Positions 48,267-58,005 of a stretch of 64,000 bases of DNA are shown here, piece after piece; the first letter of the stretch is position 1; every line of letters begins with the position of its first letter. The notes under the pieces were generated by a model. That model saw nothing but the letters and a program-made list of their open reading frames with translations. It made no database searches and was not told where the DNA came from. Both the position numbers and the translations under genes were made by a program. The DNA is from an uncultured Verrucomicrobiae bacterium (lineage in GTDB: Bacteria > Verrucomicrobiota > Verrucomicrobiia > Limisphaerales > UBA11358), in the NCBI GenBank assembly GCA_963802965.1, contig CAWDKS010000003.1:202819-266818 (forward strand), read 5' to 3'.

Positions 48267-49902
48267 TGATCTGAACGTGATTGCCGAGAAGGAACGGGCC
48301 GCCCGCAAAAAAACGGTCATCCGTTGCTGCCTGGCCGCCGGCTGCATGTCGTCCAATTCGGACGGCGTCAAGAAGCAGCTTGAGCAGGCGGTAAAGGACG
48401 CCGGCTTGAGCGACGAGGTGGAGGTGCGCGGCGTGGGTTGCATGAAACTTTGCTGCGAAGGCCCGCTGGTAAGCGTGGACACGCAGGATGCGCTTTACGA
48501 AGAAGTCACGCCGGACAACGCCCTGGAACTGGTCAAAACCTTGAAAGGCGGCAAAACCAAGGTCAAACGCGGCGACCTCAACCATCCCTTTTTCAAAAAA
48601 CAATTGTCCATCGTGCTGGCCAACAGCGGCGAGATTGATCCGGAACGCATCGAGGCTTACATCGCCGCCGAGGGTTACCAGGCGTTGCATCACGTGCTCC
48701 GTGAGCTGACGCCCAAGGAAGTGGTGGAGGCCATGGTCAAAAGCGGTTTGCGCGGACGCGGGGGCGCGGGTTTCCCCACCGGCCTCAAATGGGGCACGGT
48801 CGCCAAGACGCAAAGCGCGCAGAAATACGTGATTTGCAACGCCGACGAGGGCGACCCGGGCGCGTTCATGGACCGCAGCGTTTTGGAAAGCGACCCGCAT
48901 TGCGTGCTCGAAGGCATGGCCATCGCCGCCTACGCGGTCGGCGCGACCCAGGGTTTCATTTATGTCCGCGCCGAATATCCGCTGGCCATCAAACGATTGC
49001 AGACCGCGATCAAACAGGCCAAGACCCTCGGCCTGCTCGGCAGCGGCGTTTTTGAATCGCCTTTCAATTTCAACATAGACATCCGCATCGGCGCCGGCGC
49101 ATTCGTTTGCGGCGAGGAAACCGCCTTGATGGCGTCCGTCGAGGGTAAACGCGGCACGCCGCGTCCGCGCCCGCCGTTCCCGGCCGAAAGCGGATTGTGG
49201 GATTGCCCGACGCTCATCAACAACGTCGAAACCTTCGCCAACGTGCCGCCCATCCTCCGCAAAGGTGCGGAATGGTTCGCCGGCATCGGCACGGAAAAAA
49301 GCAAGGGCACCAAGGTGTTTGCGCTCGCCGGCAAAATCACCAACACCGGCCTCATCGAAGTGCCGATGGGCACGCCGTTGCGGCGGATCGTCGAAGAAAT
49401 GGGTGGCGGCGCACCGGACGGCGGCAAAATCAAGGCCGTCCAGACCGGCGGTCCCTCCGGCGGCTGCATTCCCGCCGATGCGCTCGACACGCCGGTGGAT
49501 TACGACTCGCTTACCAAGCTCGGCTCCATCATGGGTTCGGGCGGCATGATTGTGATGGACGACACCACCCGGATGGTGGACGTGGCGCGCTATTTCATGG
49601 AATTCTGCGTGGATGAATCGTGCGGCAAATGCATTCCCTGCCGCGCCGGCACGGTGCAGATGTTGCATCTGCTGGAAAAGATTCTTGCCCGCAAAGCCAC
49701 CGCGCGCGACCTCGCCAAACTCGAAGAGCTTTGCGACATGGTGAAACACACCAGTCTCTGCGGCCTCGGCCAGACCGCGCCGAACCCCACGTTGAGCACG
49801 CTGCGCTTTTTCCGCAAGGAATATGAGGAATTGCTCCAGCCGGATGAATTTGGACCGCGTGGGAATGGCAAAATGAAAAAGGAAATCGCCGCACAAGCAT
49901 GA
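48256..49902 (+). CDS. hoxF: hydrogenase diaphorase subunit HoxF (NuoF-like, FMN/NAD-binding)
   Basis: N-terminal thioredoxin-like 2Fe-2S domain, [13 protein letters not shown], and [13 protein letters not shown] (4Fe-4S). It overlaps hoxE by 11 nt. Confidence 0.92.
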   Translation: MVIDDLNVIAEKERAARKKTVIRCCLAAGCMSSNSDGVKKQLEQAVKDAGLSDEVEVRGVGCMKLCCEGPLVSVDTQDALYEEVTPDNALELVKTLKGGKTKVKRGDLNHPFFKKQLSIVLANSGEIDPERIEAYIAAEGYQALHHVLRELTPKEVVEAMVKSGLRGRGGAGFPTGLKWGTVAKTQSAQKYVICNADEGDPGAFMDRSVLESDPHCVLEGMAIAAYAVGATQGFIYVRAEYPLAIKRLQTAIKQAKTLGLLGSGVFESPFNFNIDIRIGAGAFVCGEETALMASVEGKRGTPRPRPPFPAESGLWDCPTLINNVETFANVPPILRKGAEWFAGIGTEKSKGTKVFALAGKITNTGLIEVPMGTPLRRIVEEMGGGAPDGGKIKAVQTGGPSGGCIPADALDTPVDYDSLTKLGSIMGSGGMIVMDDTTRMVDVARYFMEFCVDESCGKCIPCRAGTVQMLHLLEKILARKATARDLAKLEELCDMVKHTSLCGLGQTAPNPTLSTLRFFRKEYEELLQPDEFGPRGNGKMKKEIAAQA

Positions 49903-50405
49903 AGAAAAAATTATATCTCGTTGGATTGATTGTGACGCTCACTGCGCTTCTAGCCACTGGGAACTCATGCACAGCCGAAAGCATCGTCACTCCGGCCATG
50001 GTTGGTCATTGGGAAGGAAACTCGCGAATCGTTGTTATCTGGTGTCACCAAACAAATCTTTTTGTTGCGGTGGACATTCGTGCCGATGGAAGCGTGGTGG
50101 GAAAAATCGGCGAAGCAACGCTCGTTGACGGTCGTCTTCAATCGAATCGCGGTTGGTTGGGGCGTAAATTAAATCTTTGGAGCGATTACATCATCGAAGG
50201 CAAATTGAATAGCCCGATCGTCGCTGCCGAAGGCATTACACGCGATCGCGTTTTTATCCCGCTAAACTTCAATGACGGCGTCTTTGCGGGCGGAATCATC
50301 ACCAGTGGAGCATCGTGTTTGTTTTCTTCCGAAAAAACGAGGAAAGAGAAAATGGCGCTGACCGCCGTTGATCTCAAATTGATTCGTTCACAATCAAGCC
50401 CTTAA
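49899..50405 (+). CDS. hypothetical secreted/anchored protein embedded in the hox operon
   Basis: 168 aa with the hydrophobic leader [21 protein letters not shown]. Its ATG overlaps the hoxF TGA (ATGA). Composition is visibly AT-richer than the flanks, and no family was recognised. Confidence 0.6.
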   Translation: MKKKLYLVGLIVTLTALLATGNSCTAESIVTPAMVGHWEGNSRIVVIWCHQTNLFVAVDIRADGSVVGKIGEATLVDGRLQSNRGWLGRKLNLWSDYIIEGKLNSPIVAAEGITRDRVFIPLNFNDGVFAGGIITSGASCLFSSEKTRKEKMALTAVDLKLIRSQSSP

Positions 50406-50413
50406 AATTTTTT

Positions 50414-51130
50414 ATGGCCGCCAAAACTTTGACCATTGACGGAAAACAGGTCAGCGCCGAGGAAGGCGCGACCATTCTGGAGGTCGCCACCGACGCCGGC
50501 ATCAAAATCCCGACGCTGTGTCATCTGGACGGGGTTTATGACATGGGCGCCTGCCGCCTGTGCCTCGTGGAGGTCGCGGGCATTGCCAAACTGCTGCCCG
50601 CCTGCACAACCAAAATCAGCGAGGGCATGGATGTCAAAACCGACAGCGACCGCCTGCGGAAATACCGCCGCATGACGCTGGAATTGCTGTTCGCCGAACG
50701 CAATCACGTCTGCGCCGTGTGCGTGGCCAACGGCCACTGCGAATTGCAGACGCTGGGCTACAGCCAGGGCATGGACCACGTGCGTTACGATTATTGCACC
50801 CCGAAATGGAGCGTGGACGCGACGCACCGGCTGTTCGGCATGGACCACAACCGCTGCATTCTTTGCACCCGTTGTGTGCGCGTCTGCTGGCACATCGAGG
50901 GCGCGGGCACCAAAAACGTTTCCGGCCGCGGCGCCAGGGCCACCATCATCACCGACCTCAACCAGCCGTGGGGTGATTCCGATACCTGCACGGCCTGCGG
51001 CAAATGCGTCATGTCCTGTCCGACCGGCGCGCTGTTCTACAAGGGTTCGACGGTGTCCGAAATGGAACGCGACCGCACCAAACTGGAATTCATCGTCAAC
51101 GCACGGGAGAAAAAACAATGGAACGTTTAA
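50414..51130 (+). CDS. hoxU: hydrogenase diaphorase subunit HoxU (NuoG N-terminal-like Fe-S protein)
   Basis: 2Fe-2S ferredoxin fold (CRLCLVEV...PACTT), then [24 protein letters not shown] and [16 protein letters not shown]. Confidence 0.9.
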   Translation: MAAKTLTIDGKQVSAEEGATILEVATDAGIKIPTLCHLDGVYDMGACRLCLVEVAGIAKLLPACTTKISEGMDVKTDSDRLRKYRRMTLELLFAERNHVCAVCVANGHCELQTLGYSQGMDHVRYDYCTPKWSVDATHRLFGMDHNRCILCTRCVRVCWHIEGAGTKNVSGRGARATIITDLNQPWGDSDTCTACGKCVMSCPTGALFYKGSTVSEMERDRTKLEFIVNAREKKQWNV

Positions 51131-51666
51131 AAGTGGCCACCGTCTGGCTGGGCGGCTGTTCCGGCTGTCACATGTCCTTCCTCGACCTCGATGAGTTCCT
51201 CATCGAACTCGCCGGCATGATTGACCTTGTTTACAGCCCGGTCATGGACGTGAAGGAATATCCGCAAAACGTGGACGTCTGCCTCATCGAGGGCGCCGTC
51301 TGCAACGAGGACAACCTCGAAATCCTCCACAAAATCCGCGCCCGGACGAAGGTGCTGGTTTCATTCGGCGATTGCGCCATCACCGGCAACGTGCCTGCCA
51401 TCCGCAACCAGCTTGGCATCGGCAACGATGAGAATGTGCTCCAGCGCGCCTACATCGAAAATGCGCAGAACAATCCGTGCGTGCCGAAGGCTGACGGCAT
51501 TGTGCCGCAGTTGCTCAAGCGCGTGATGCCCGTTCATGAAGCTGTTTACGTCGAATATTTCCTGCCCGGCTGCCCGCCGCCAGCCGACCGCATCAAGGCG
51601 CTCATGGTTCAGGTGCTGGGCGGCCAGACGCCGAAACTGGAAGGCGCGAATTTGAAATTTGGTTGA
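51118..51666 (+). CDS. hoxY: [NiFe] hydrogenase small subunit HoxY
   Basis: ATG at 51118 ([20 protein letters not shown]), with GDCAITG and LPGCPP. It overlaps hoxU by 13 nt. Confidence 0.9.
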   Translation: MERLKVATVWLGGCSGCHMSFLDLDEFLIELAGMIDLVYSPVMDVKEYPQNVDVCLIEGAVCNEDNLEILHKIRARTKVLVSFGDCAITGNVPAIRNQLGIGNDENVLQRAYIENAQNNPCVPKADGIVPQLLKRVMPVHEAVYVEYFLPGCPPPADRIKALMVQVLGGQTPKLEGANLKFG

Positions 51667-51668
51667 AT

Positions 51669-51702
51669 GGTAGGGTGCGTCACTCCGTGCGCGCCGCCCT
51701 AC
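51669..51702. repeat. GC-rich hairpin (REP-like) between hoxY and hoxH
   Basis: GGTAGGGTG ... CGCCCTACC encloses cgtcactccgtgcgcgc. Confidence 0.6.
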
Positions 51703-51706
51703 CGGA

Positions 51707-53146
51707 ATGAATTTATCAATTATGTCAAAGCGTATTGTCATTGATCCGGTGACCCGCATTGAGGGCCATGCCAAGATCAGCATCTTCATGGACGACGCGG
51801 GCAATGTGTCCGACGCCGTATTCCATGTCGTGGAATTCCGCGGTTTCGAGAAATTCTGCGAAGGCCGGCCCTACGGCGAAATGCCCGGCATCACCCCGCG
51901 CATCTGCGGCATCTGCCCCGTCAGCCATTTGCTCGCGTCAGCGAAGGCCGGCGACGCCATCATGGCCGTCAACATCCCGCCCGCCGCCGACAAGCTGCGC
52001 CGGTTGATGAACCTCGGCCAGATCATCCAGAGCCACGCGTTGAGTTTCTTTCATCTGAGCGCTCCGGACTTTCTGCTCGGCTGGGACACGCCCCCGGCCA
52101 AGCGGAATGTTTTCGGCATCATCGCTTCCAACGCCGATCTCGCCCGGGCCGGCATCCGGTTGCGCCAGTTCGGCCAGGAAATCATTGAAATCCTCGGTGG
52201 CAAAAAAATCCATCCCGCATGGGCCGTGCCCGGCGGCGTGCGCAGCCCGTTGACGGAGGAAGGCCGCGCGAAAATCCGCGCCTGGCTGCCGGAGGCCTTC
52301 GCCACCACGAAAGTCGCCTTCGACCTTTTCGAAAAGACGCTCGCGACGCATGAAAAGGAGGTCCAAATCTTCGGCAATTTCCCGTCGCTGTTCATGGGCC
52401 TCATCACCCCGGACGGCACCTGGGAACATCACGGCGGCAAACTGCGGTTCAGCGACAGCAGCGGCAGCATCATCGCCGACCAGCTCGACCCGCAAAAGTA
52501 TTACGAATGCATCGGCGAGTCGGTGCAAAATTCGTCCTACCTCAAGTCGCCCTACTACAAGCCGCTCGGTTTTCCCGACGGCATGTATCGCGTTGGTCCG
52601 CTCGCGCGCCTGAACATCTGCGAGCAGATGGGCGTGCCGAAAGCGGACGCAGAGTTGAAAAAATTCAAGAAAATGGGCCATGGCGCGGTCACATCGTCGT
52701 TCCTTTACCACTACGCGCGGCTCATCGAAATTCTCGCGTCGCTGGAATACGTCGAGCGTTACCTGGACGACCCCGACCTGTTGAGCAACGAACTGCGCGC
52801 CGACGCCGGCATCAACAGCCTGCGCGGCGTGGGCGCGAGCGAAGCCCCGCGCGGCACGCTGTTCCATGATTACACCGTGGACCGCAACGGCCTGCTCCAG
52901 AAGGTCAATCTCATCGTCGCCACCGGCCAGAACAACCTGGCGATGAACCAGACCGTGGCGCAGATCGCGAAGCATTACGTGCATGGCAAGGACATTCCCG
53001 AACCGATGCTCAACCGCATTGAGCATGGCATCCGCTGTTACGATCCGTGCCTGAGCTGCTCGACTCACGCCGTCGGCCAGATGCCTTTGCGCGTGCAACT
53101 CATCGCGCCGGACGGCACCGTGCTCAACGAAATGGCGCGCGGGTGA
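51707..53146 (+). CDS. hoxH: [NiFe] hydrogenase large subunit HoxH (group 3d)
   Basis: [10 protein letters not shown]-terminal [10 protein letters not shown], and C-terminal DPCLSCSTH followed by a 25-aa extension. An alternative start is at 51722 (MSKRIVIDP). Confidence 0.93.
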   Translation: MNLSIMSKRIVIDPVTRIEGHAKISIFMDDAGNVSDAVFHVVEFRGFEKFCEGRPYGEMPGITPRICGICPVSHLLASAKAGDAIMAVNIPPAADKLRRLMNLGQIIQSHALSFFHLSAPDFLLGWDTPPAKRNVFGIIASNADLARAGIRLRQFGQEIIEILGGKKIHPAWAVPGGVRSPLTEEGRAKIRAWLPEAFATTKVAFDLFEKTLATHEKEVQIFGNFPSLFMGLITPDGTWEHHGGKLRFSDSSGSIIADQLDPQKYYECIGESVQNSSYLKSPYYKPLGFPDGMYRVGPLARLNICEQMGVPKADAELKKFKKMGHGAVTSSFLYHYARLIEILASLEYVERYLDDPDLLSNELRADAGINSLRGVGASEAPRGTLFHDYTVDRNGLLQKVNLIVATGQNNLAMNQTVAQIAKHYVHGKDIPEPMLNRIEHGIRCYDPCLSCSTHAVGQMPLRVQLIAPDGTVLNEMARG

Positions 53147-53153
53147 TTTGTAG

Positions 53154-53229
53154 CGGCGGTCTGTGACCGCCGAAAGGTAGGGACGCCGCGCTGCGGCGTC
53201 CGGTCGGCGCAGCGCGCCGACCCGACCGG
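53154..53229. repeat. three consecutive GC-rich hairpins between hoxH and hoxW
   Basis: CGGCGGT-ctgtg-ACCGCCG (53154-53172), GGACGCCGC-gct-GCGGCGTCC (53181-53201) and GGTCGGCGC-agc-GCGCCGACC (53202-53222). Confidence 0.75.
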
Positions 53230-53237
53230 TAAGAATT

Positions 53238-53681
53238 ATGCTGCCGACACAAAATCTCCTTGTCATTGGCTACGGCAACACGTTGCGCAGCGATGATGGC
53301 GTCGGCCCCAGGGTCGCCGCCGCCGTGGAGGCGCTCCAGTTGTCCGGCGTGCGCACGCTGATCTGCCAGCAGCTTTCGCCCGAACACGCCGATCCGATTT
53401 CGCGGGCGCACACGGTGATTTTTGTGGACGCCGCCGTGGACGCGCCCGCCGAAGTGCAGTTGCGCAAACTCGAGCCCAACGAATCCACGCAACTCATGGC
53501 GCACGCTGCCGACCCGTGCACGATGCTGGCGCTGGCCCGCGACGTTTTTGGCCACTGCCCGGAAGCCTGGTGGCTGACCATTCCCGCCGTGAAACTCGGC
53601 TTCGGGGAAGACCTTTCGCCCGACGCGCAGCGCGGATTTGAGCAAGCCGTCCGGGAAATCAAAAACCTTTGCCGCTCGTGA
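53238..53681 (+). CDS. hoxW: hydrogenase maturation endopeptidase HoxW
   Basis: LVIGYGNTLRSDDGVGPRVA and the overall size (147 aa) are typical of the HyaD/HycI/HoxW protease family. Confidence 0.85.
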   Translation: MLPTQNLLVIGYGNTLRSDDGVGPRVAAAVEALQLSGVRTLICQQLSPEHADPISRAHTVIFVDAAVDAPAEVQLRKLEPNESTQLMAHAADPCTMLALARDVFGHCPEAWWLTIPAVKLGFGEDLSPDAQRGFEQAVREIKNLCRS

Positions 53682-53717
53682 ATTGACAACCACACGAACG
53701 GCGCAGCACACTCATTT

Positions 53718-54065
53718 ATGCACGAAGTTCATCTGGTCCGCGCCATTCTGGAAACCGTTGAAAAAAAGGCTGTTGCGCAAAAGGCCAAACGCGTGAAATC
53801 GGTCAAAATCCGGTTTAATTCCCTGACCAGCCACAGCGGCGACCACATGCAGTTCAGTTTTGACATCGTCAAAAAGGAAATCCCGTTTCTCCAGGACGCC
53901 ACGCTTCAGCTCACCGAGGTCGAGCCGACACTGCTGTGCAACCAATGCGGCCACAAATTTCACGGGCATCACCTCCCCGACGTCTGTCCCAAGTGCGCGT
54001 CGGTGGATGTCAAGGCCGTGAATTCCACGGACATGGTGCTCGAAAGTTTTGAGATTGAGCGCTGA
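53718..54065 (+). CDS. hypA: hydrogenase nickel-insertion protein HypA
   Basis: MHEVHLVRAIL N-terminus (Ni site) and the zinc motif CNQCGH...CPKCAS. Confidence 0.88.
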   Translation: MHEVHLVRAILETVEKKAVAQKAKRVKSVKIRFNSLTSHSGDHMQFSFDIVKKEIPFLQDATLQLTEVEPTLLCNQCGHKFHGHHLPDVCPKCASVDVKAVNSTDMVLESFEIER

Positions 54066-54074
54066 AAGGATTGT

Positions 54075-56531
54075 GTGAACGCGCCGCCAGCAACGCGATT
54101 GAAGATCGCCGTGCGCGGCGCGGTGCAGGGCGTCGGGTTTCGCCCGTTCGTTTTCCGCCTCGCCACCGGACTCGGCCTGGCCGGCTGGGTCAACAATTCC
54201 CCGCGGGGCGTCTTCATTGAAGTTGAAGGCCCGCGCGCGTCGCTCGAAAAATTCCTGCTCCGCCTCGAAGCGGAAAAGCCGCCGCGCAGCTTCATTCAAA
54301 GCCTCGAAACGTTGTGGCTCGATCCGGCCGGTCAGACCGGTTTTGAAATCCGCGCGAGTGAAACCGGCGGCGGCAAAACCGCGCTCGTCTTGCCGGACAT
54401 CGCCACCTGTCCCGATTGTCTGCGCGAAATTTTTGATCCCAAGAACCGGCGGCACCGCTATCCATTCACGAATTGCACGAATTGCGGGCCGCGCTTCAGC
54501 ATCATCGAATCCCTGCCTTACGACCGCGCGAACACCTCGATGAAATCGTTCACGATGTGCCCGCAATGCCGGGCCGAATACGACGACCCACTAGACCGCC
54601 GTTTCCACGCGCAGCCCAACGCCTGCCCGGTCTGCGGACCGCGCCTGACGCTTTGGGAGTGCGGCGACATGTCGCCGCTTTCAAAGCGCGGACATGTCCG
54701 CGCACTCCAAAATAACAATGCCTTGCTCGCTGCCGCTGAATCCATCCGCTGCGGTAAAATCGTCGCCGTCAAGGGACTGAGCGGATTTCATCTGATGGCG
54801 GATGCGCGCAACGACAAGGCCGTCCGGCTCCTGCGAAAACGAAAACATCGCGAGGAAAAGCCATTCGCCCTGATGTTTCCATCACTCGAAAGCGTGAAAG
54901 CCGAATGCGAAGTCTCCCCACTCGAAGAACGATTACTCCGCTCATCGGAGGCACCCATCGTTCTTTTGGAAAAAATCGTAAATCGCAAATCGCAAATCGT
55001 AAATGCCGTGGCTCCCGGCAATCCCAATCTCGGCGCGATGTTGCCGTCGAACCCGCTGCATCATCTGCTCATGGCCGAACTGGGCTTTCCGGTCGTCGCC
55101 ACCAGCGGCAACCTGGGCGACGAACCGGTTTGCACGGATGAACATGAGGCGCGGGAACGTCTCGGCCGCATCGCCGATGTGTTTCTGGTTCATAACCGCC
55201 CCATCGTCCGTCACGTGGACGATTCGATTGTGCGCGTCATGCTGGACCGTGAACTGGTGCTGCGCCGCGCCCGCGGCTACGCGCCGCTGCCCATTCAACT
55301 CGTAGGAGCCGACGTGAGGAGGCTCAACCTTCAAGAACAAAATGAGTCAGAGCCTCCTCACGTCGGCTCCTACAAAACAATTCTGGCCGTTGGTGCGCAC
55401 CTGAAAAACACCGTCGCGCTCGCCGTCGGCAATCAGGTTTTCCTCAGCCAGCACATCGGCGATTTGGAGACGGAACCGGCGCATGCCGCCTTCCGCCGTG
55501 TCATTGCTGATTTCCAGAAACTTTACGACACCCGGCCGCAAATCATCGCCGCCGATTTGCACCCGGATTATCTCTCGACCAGATTTGCGCGTGAATTCGG
55601 CGATGCGCCGTTGGAGTTCACGCTTCAGCGTGTTCCGAAAGCGCAGACGACAGGCAAGCTAAAGCTTGAACTCCAACACGTTGGCGTCCAGCACCACGTC
55701 GCCCATGTCCTGTCCTGCATGGCGGAGAATGAAATCGCGCCGCCCGCGCTCGGCGTTTCGTGGGACGGCACGGGTTACGGGCTTGACGGCACAATCTGGG
55801 GCGGTGAATTTTTCCTCGTCACCAACGAAACCGTCGAACGGGTCGCGCATCTGCGCCCGTTCCGGTTGCCCGGCGGCGACAAGGCGGTCAAGGAACCGCG
55901 CCGCACCGCGCTCGGATTGCTATACGAAATTTCCGGCGACAAGGTTTTCAAACGGAAAAAACTGGCAACGATTGCCGCTTTTTCGGCGGCGGAAATGGTC
56001 ACGCTGAAAACGATGCTGGCCAAAAAATTGAATTCGCCGCTTTGTTCCAGCGCGGGCCGGTTGTTCGACGCCGTCGCCTCGCTCGTCAATCTCCGCCAGC
56101 ACATCCGGTTTGAAGGCCAGGCCGCGATGGACCTGGAATTTGCGCTGGATGGCGTGGACACAGACGAGACTTATCCCTTGTCACTCGTCACTCGTCACCC
56201 GTCACTGGTCCTGGATTGGTCGCCGATGATTGAGGCGATTTTATCGGACGTGCAAAATGGCGTTCCCGGTGGCAGGATTTCCGCGAAGTTTCACAACGCG
56301 CTGGCCCAGGCCGTGGTGGCCGTGGCAAAAAAAATCGGCGAACGGCGCGTGGTGTTGAGCGGTGGCTGTTTTCAAAACCGTTATCTGACGGAGCGAACGG
56401 TGCGGCGGTTGCAGGCGGAAGGGTTCCGCCCGTATTGGCACCAGCGCGTGCCGCCCAACGACGGGGGAATCGCGCTGGGTCAGGTCCTGGCGGCGTTTCG
56501 AGAACGGCAGATCGTAAATCGTAAATCATAA
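54075..56531 (+). CDS. hypF: carbamoyltransferase HypF
   Basis: GTG start. Acylphosphatase domain (VRGAVQGVGFRPFV), two zinc fingers (CPDCLREI...CTNCGPRFSI, CPQCRAEY...CPVCGP), YrdC-like (VAVKGLSGFHLMADA) and Kae1-like (VQHHVAHV) domains. Contains six repeat-derived segments. Confidence 0.92.
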   Translation: MNAPPATRLKIAVRGAVQGVGFRPFVFRLATGLGLAGWVNNSPRGVFIEVEGPRASLEKFLLRLEAEKPPRSFIQSLETLWLDPAGQTGFEIRASETGGGKTALVLPDIATCPDCLREIFDPKNRRHRYPFTNCTNCGPRFSIIESLPYDRANTSMKSFTMCPQCRAEYDDPLDRRFHAQPNACPVCGPRLTLWECGDMSPLSKRGHVRALQNNNALLAAAESIRCGKIVAVKGLSGFHLMADARNDKAVRLLRKRKHREEKPFALMFPSLESVKAECEVSPLEERLLRSSEAPIVLLEKIVNRKSQIVNAVAPGNPNLGAMLPSNPLHHLLMAELGFPVVATSGNLGDEPVCTDEHEARERLGRIADVFLVHNRPIVRHVDDSIVRVMLDRELVLRRARGYAPLPIQLVGADVRRLNLQEQNESEPPHVGSYKTILAVGAHLKNTVALAVGNQVFLSQHIGDLETEPAHAAFRRVIADFQKLYDTRPQIIAADLHPDYLSTRFAREFGDAPLEFTLQRVPKAQTTGKLKLELQHVGVQHHVAHVLSCMAENEIAPPALGVSWDGTGYGLDGTIWGGEFFLVTNETVERVAHLRPFRLPGGDKAVKEPRRTALGLLYEISGDKVFKRKKLATIAAFSAAEMVTLKTMLAKKLNSPLCSSAGRLFDAVASLVNLRQHIRFEGQAAMDLEFALDGVDTDETYPLSLVTRHPSLVLDWSPMIEAILSDVQNGVPGGRISAKFHNALAQAVVAVAKKIGERRVVLSGGCFQNRYLTERTVRRLQAEGFRPYWHQRVPPNDGGIALGQVLAAFRERQIVNRKS
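54652..54712. repeat. nested palindromic element inside hypF
   Basis: Outer arms TTTGGGAGTGCG and CGCACTCCAAAA enclose the palindromes GGCGACATGTCGCC and GCGCGGACATGTCCGCGC. It is translated as WECGDMSPLSKRGHVRALQN. Confidence 0.8.
54974..55001. repeat. tandem heptamers AATCGTA AATCGCA AATCGCA AATCGTA inside hypF
   Basis: Four 7-nt units followed by aatgcc, translated as IVNRKSQIVN. The unit family is the same as at 3642-3666 and 56510-56537. Confidence 0.85.
55302..55373. repeat. perfect 24-bp-armed palindromic element, TGTAG family, in frame inside hypF
   Basis: GTAGGAGCCGACGTGAGGAGGCTC (55302-55325), a 24-nt loop, then GAGCCTCCTCACGTCGGCTCCTAC (55350-55373). The total is 72 nt, or 24 codons (VGADVRRLNLQEQNESEPPHVGSY). 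Confidence 0.92.
55611..55676. repeat. palindromic element, TTGGAGTTCA family, in frame inside hypF
   Basis: The arms are TTGGAGTTCACGCTT (55611-55625) and AAGCTTGAACTCCAA (55662-55676), with 1 mismatch. The total is 66 nt, or 22 codons (LEFTLQRVPKAQTTGKLKLELQ). Confidence 0.88.
56181..56208. repeat. tandem heptamers TCACTCG TCACTCG TCACCCG TCACTGG inside hypF
   Basis: Four 7-nt units, translated as SLVTRHPSLV. Confidence 0.8.
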
Positions 56532-56537
56532 ATCGAA
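56510..56537. repeat. tandem heptamers GATCGTA AATCGTA AATCATA AATCGAA spanning the hypF stop
   Basis: These supply the last residues (QIVNRKS) and the TAA stop (56529-56531) of hypF. The element ends 6 nt before the hypC ATG. Confidence 0.85.
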
Positions 56538-56543
56538 AATTCC

Positions 56544-56798
56544 ATGTGTCTGGCCATTCCAGGAAAGATTGAAAGCATCAGCGGCGATGACCCGCTGTCG
56601 CGCACGGGCAAAATAAATTTCGGCGGCGTCCTTAAGGAAGCCTGCCTTGCCTATGTGCCCGAGGCCAGGGTCGGCGATTACGTCATCGTCCACGTCGGCT
56701 TCGCCCTCAGCCGGCTCGACGAAGACGAGGCACACAAGATTTTTGAGTATCTGAAACAAATGGAGGAGCTTGGCGAGTTGAAGGGAGGCGGGCCATGA
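56544..56798 (+). CDS. hypC: hydrogenase assembly chaperone HypC
   Basis: [13 protein letters not shown]-terminus with the essential Cys2; 84 aa. Confidence 0.9.
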   Translation: MCLAIPGKIESISGDDPLSRTGKINFGGVLKEACLAYVPEARVGDYVIVHVGFALSRLDEDEAHKIFEYLKQMEELGELKGGGP

Positions 56799-56812
56799 AA
56801 GCCGCGCCAGTA

Positions 56813-56894
56813 GTGGCACGGGCGTCCCGCCCGTCCGTTTCAAAAGCAGTCCGTTTTTCAGACCAGAAACTCACAGGCGAGAAGCCTGTGCCAC
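56813..56894. repeat. palindromic element filling the hypC-hypD gap
   Basis: Outer arms GTGGCACGGGC (56813-56823) and GCCTGTGCCAC (56884-56894), with an inner hairpin ACGGGC-gtccc-GCCCGT. The element ends 1 nt before the hypD ATG. Confidence 0.65.
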
Positions 56895-56895
56895 A

Positions 56896-57984
56896 ATGAA
56901 ATACCTCGACGAATATCGCGACGGTGGGCGCGCGCGGCAACTGGCGCAGGAAATCCACCGCCGCACGACCCGGCCGTGGAACATCATGGAAGTCTGCGGC
57001 GGCCAGACGCACGCCATCGTGAAGTTCGGCATTGACGAACTGTTGCCCAAACAAATCACACTCATTCACGGGCCGGGTTGTCCCGTCTGCGTGACGCCGC
57101 TGGAAATGATAGACAAGGCGCTCGAAATTGCCGCGCGGCCCGGCGTCATTTTCGCCTCGTTCGGCGACATGCTGCGTGTGCCCGGCAGCGCGACCGACCT
57201 GCTTTCAGTCAAGGCCCGGGGCGGCGACGTGCGCATCGTTTATTCACCGCTCGACGCGGTGAAATTCGCGGAACAAAACCCGGCCAAAGAAGTTGTGTTC
57301 TTCGGCGTCGGTTTTGAAACCACCGCGCCGGCGACGGCCATGGCGGTGTATCAGGCGGCGCAAAAGGGGCTGAAGAATTTTTCGATGCTCGTCTCGCACG
57401 TGCTCGTGCCGCCGGCGATGGAGGCGTTGATGTCGTCGACGAACTGCAAGGTGCAGGGTTTTCTCGCCGCCGGGCACGTCTGCACGGTGATGGGTTACGA
57501 GGAATACCCGCCCATCGCGGCGAAATATCGCGTGCCGATTGTCGTGACCGGTTTTGAGCCGCTGGACATTTTGCAGGGTGTGCTGATGGTGGTGCAGCAG
57601 CTCGAATCCGGCCGGGCCGAGGTCGAAAACCAATACACCCGCTCGGTGCGCCGCGAAGGCAACCAGCCGGCGCAGGAACTCATCCGCAAAATTTTCAAGG
57701 TCGTCCCGCGCAAATGGCGTGGCGTCGGCGAAATTCCGCGGAGCGGTCTGGGATTGAACGACGCCTACGCCGCGTTCGACGCCGAAAAGAAATTCGGTCT
57801 GGTCGAGCACCACGTGGCGGAACCGGCCGAATGCCTCAGCGGGCTGGTCTTGCAGGGACAAATCAAACCGCAGGAATGCCCGGCGTTTGGCACGAAATGC
57901 ACGCCGGAACATCCGCTCGGCGCGACGATGGTGTCATCGGAGGGCGCATGCGCGGCCTACTATCGATACCGGCGGCGCAATTGA
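56896..57984 (+). CDS. hypD: hydrogenase formation protein HypD
   Basis: [34 protein letters not shown] and C-terminal Cys motifs. Confidence 0.92.
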   Translation: MKYLDEYRDGGRARQLAQEIHRRTTRPWNIMEVCGGQTHAIVKFGIDELLPKQITLIHGPGCPVCVTPLEMIDKALEIAARPGVIFASFGDMLRVPGSATDLLSVKARGGDVRIVYSPLDAVKFAEQNPAKEVVFFGVGFETTAPATAMAVYQAAQKGLKNFSMLVSHVLVPPAMEALMSSTNCKVQGFLAAGHVCTVMGYEEYPPIAAKYRVPIVVTGFEPLDILQGVLMVVQQLESGRAEVENQYTRSVRREGNQPAQELIRKIFKVVPRKWRGVGEIPRSGLGLNDAYAAFDAEKKFGLVEHHVAEPAECLSGLVLQGQIKPQECPAFGTKCTPEHPLGATMVSSEGACAAYYRYRRRN

Positions 57985-58005
57985 ACCAGCCATGAAGAAA
58001 CACTC

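Noticed and set aside
53682-53717. TTGACA at 53684 as an internal promoter for the hyp genes
   Set aside because: No acceptable -10 hexamer lies at 16-18 nt spacing, so it is probably fortuitous.
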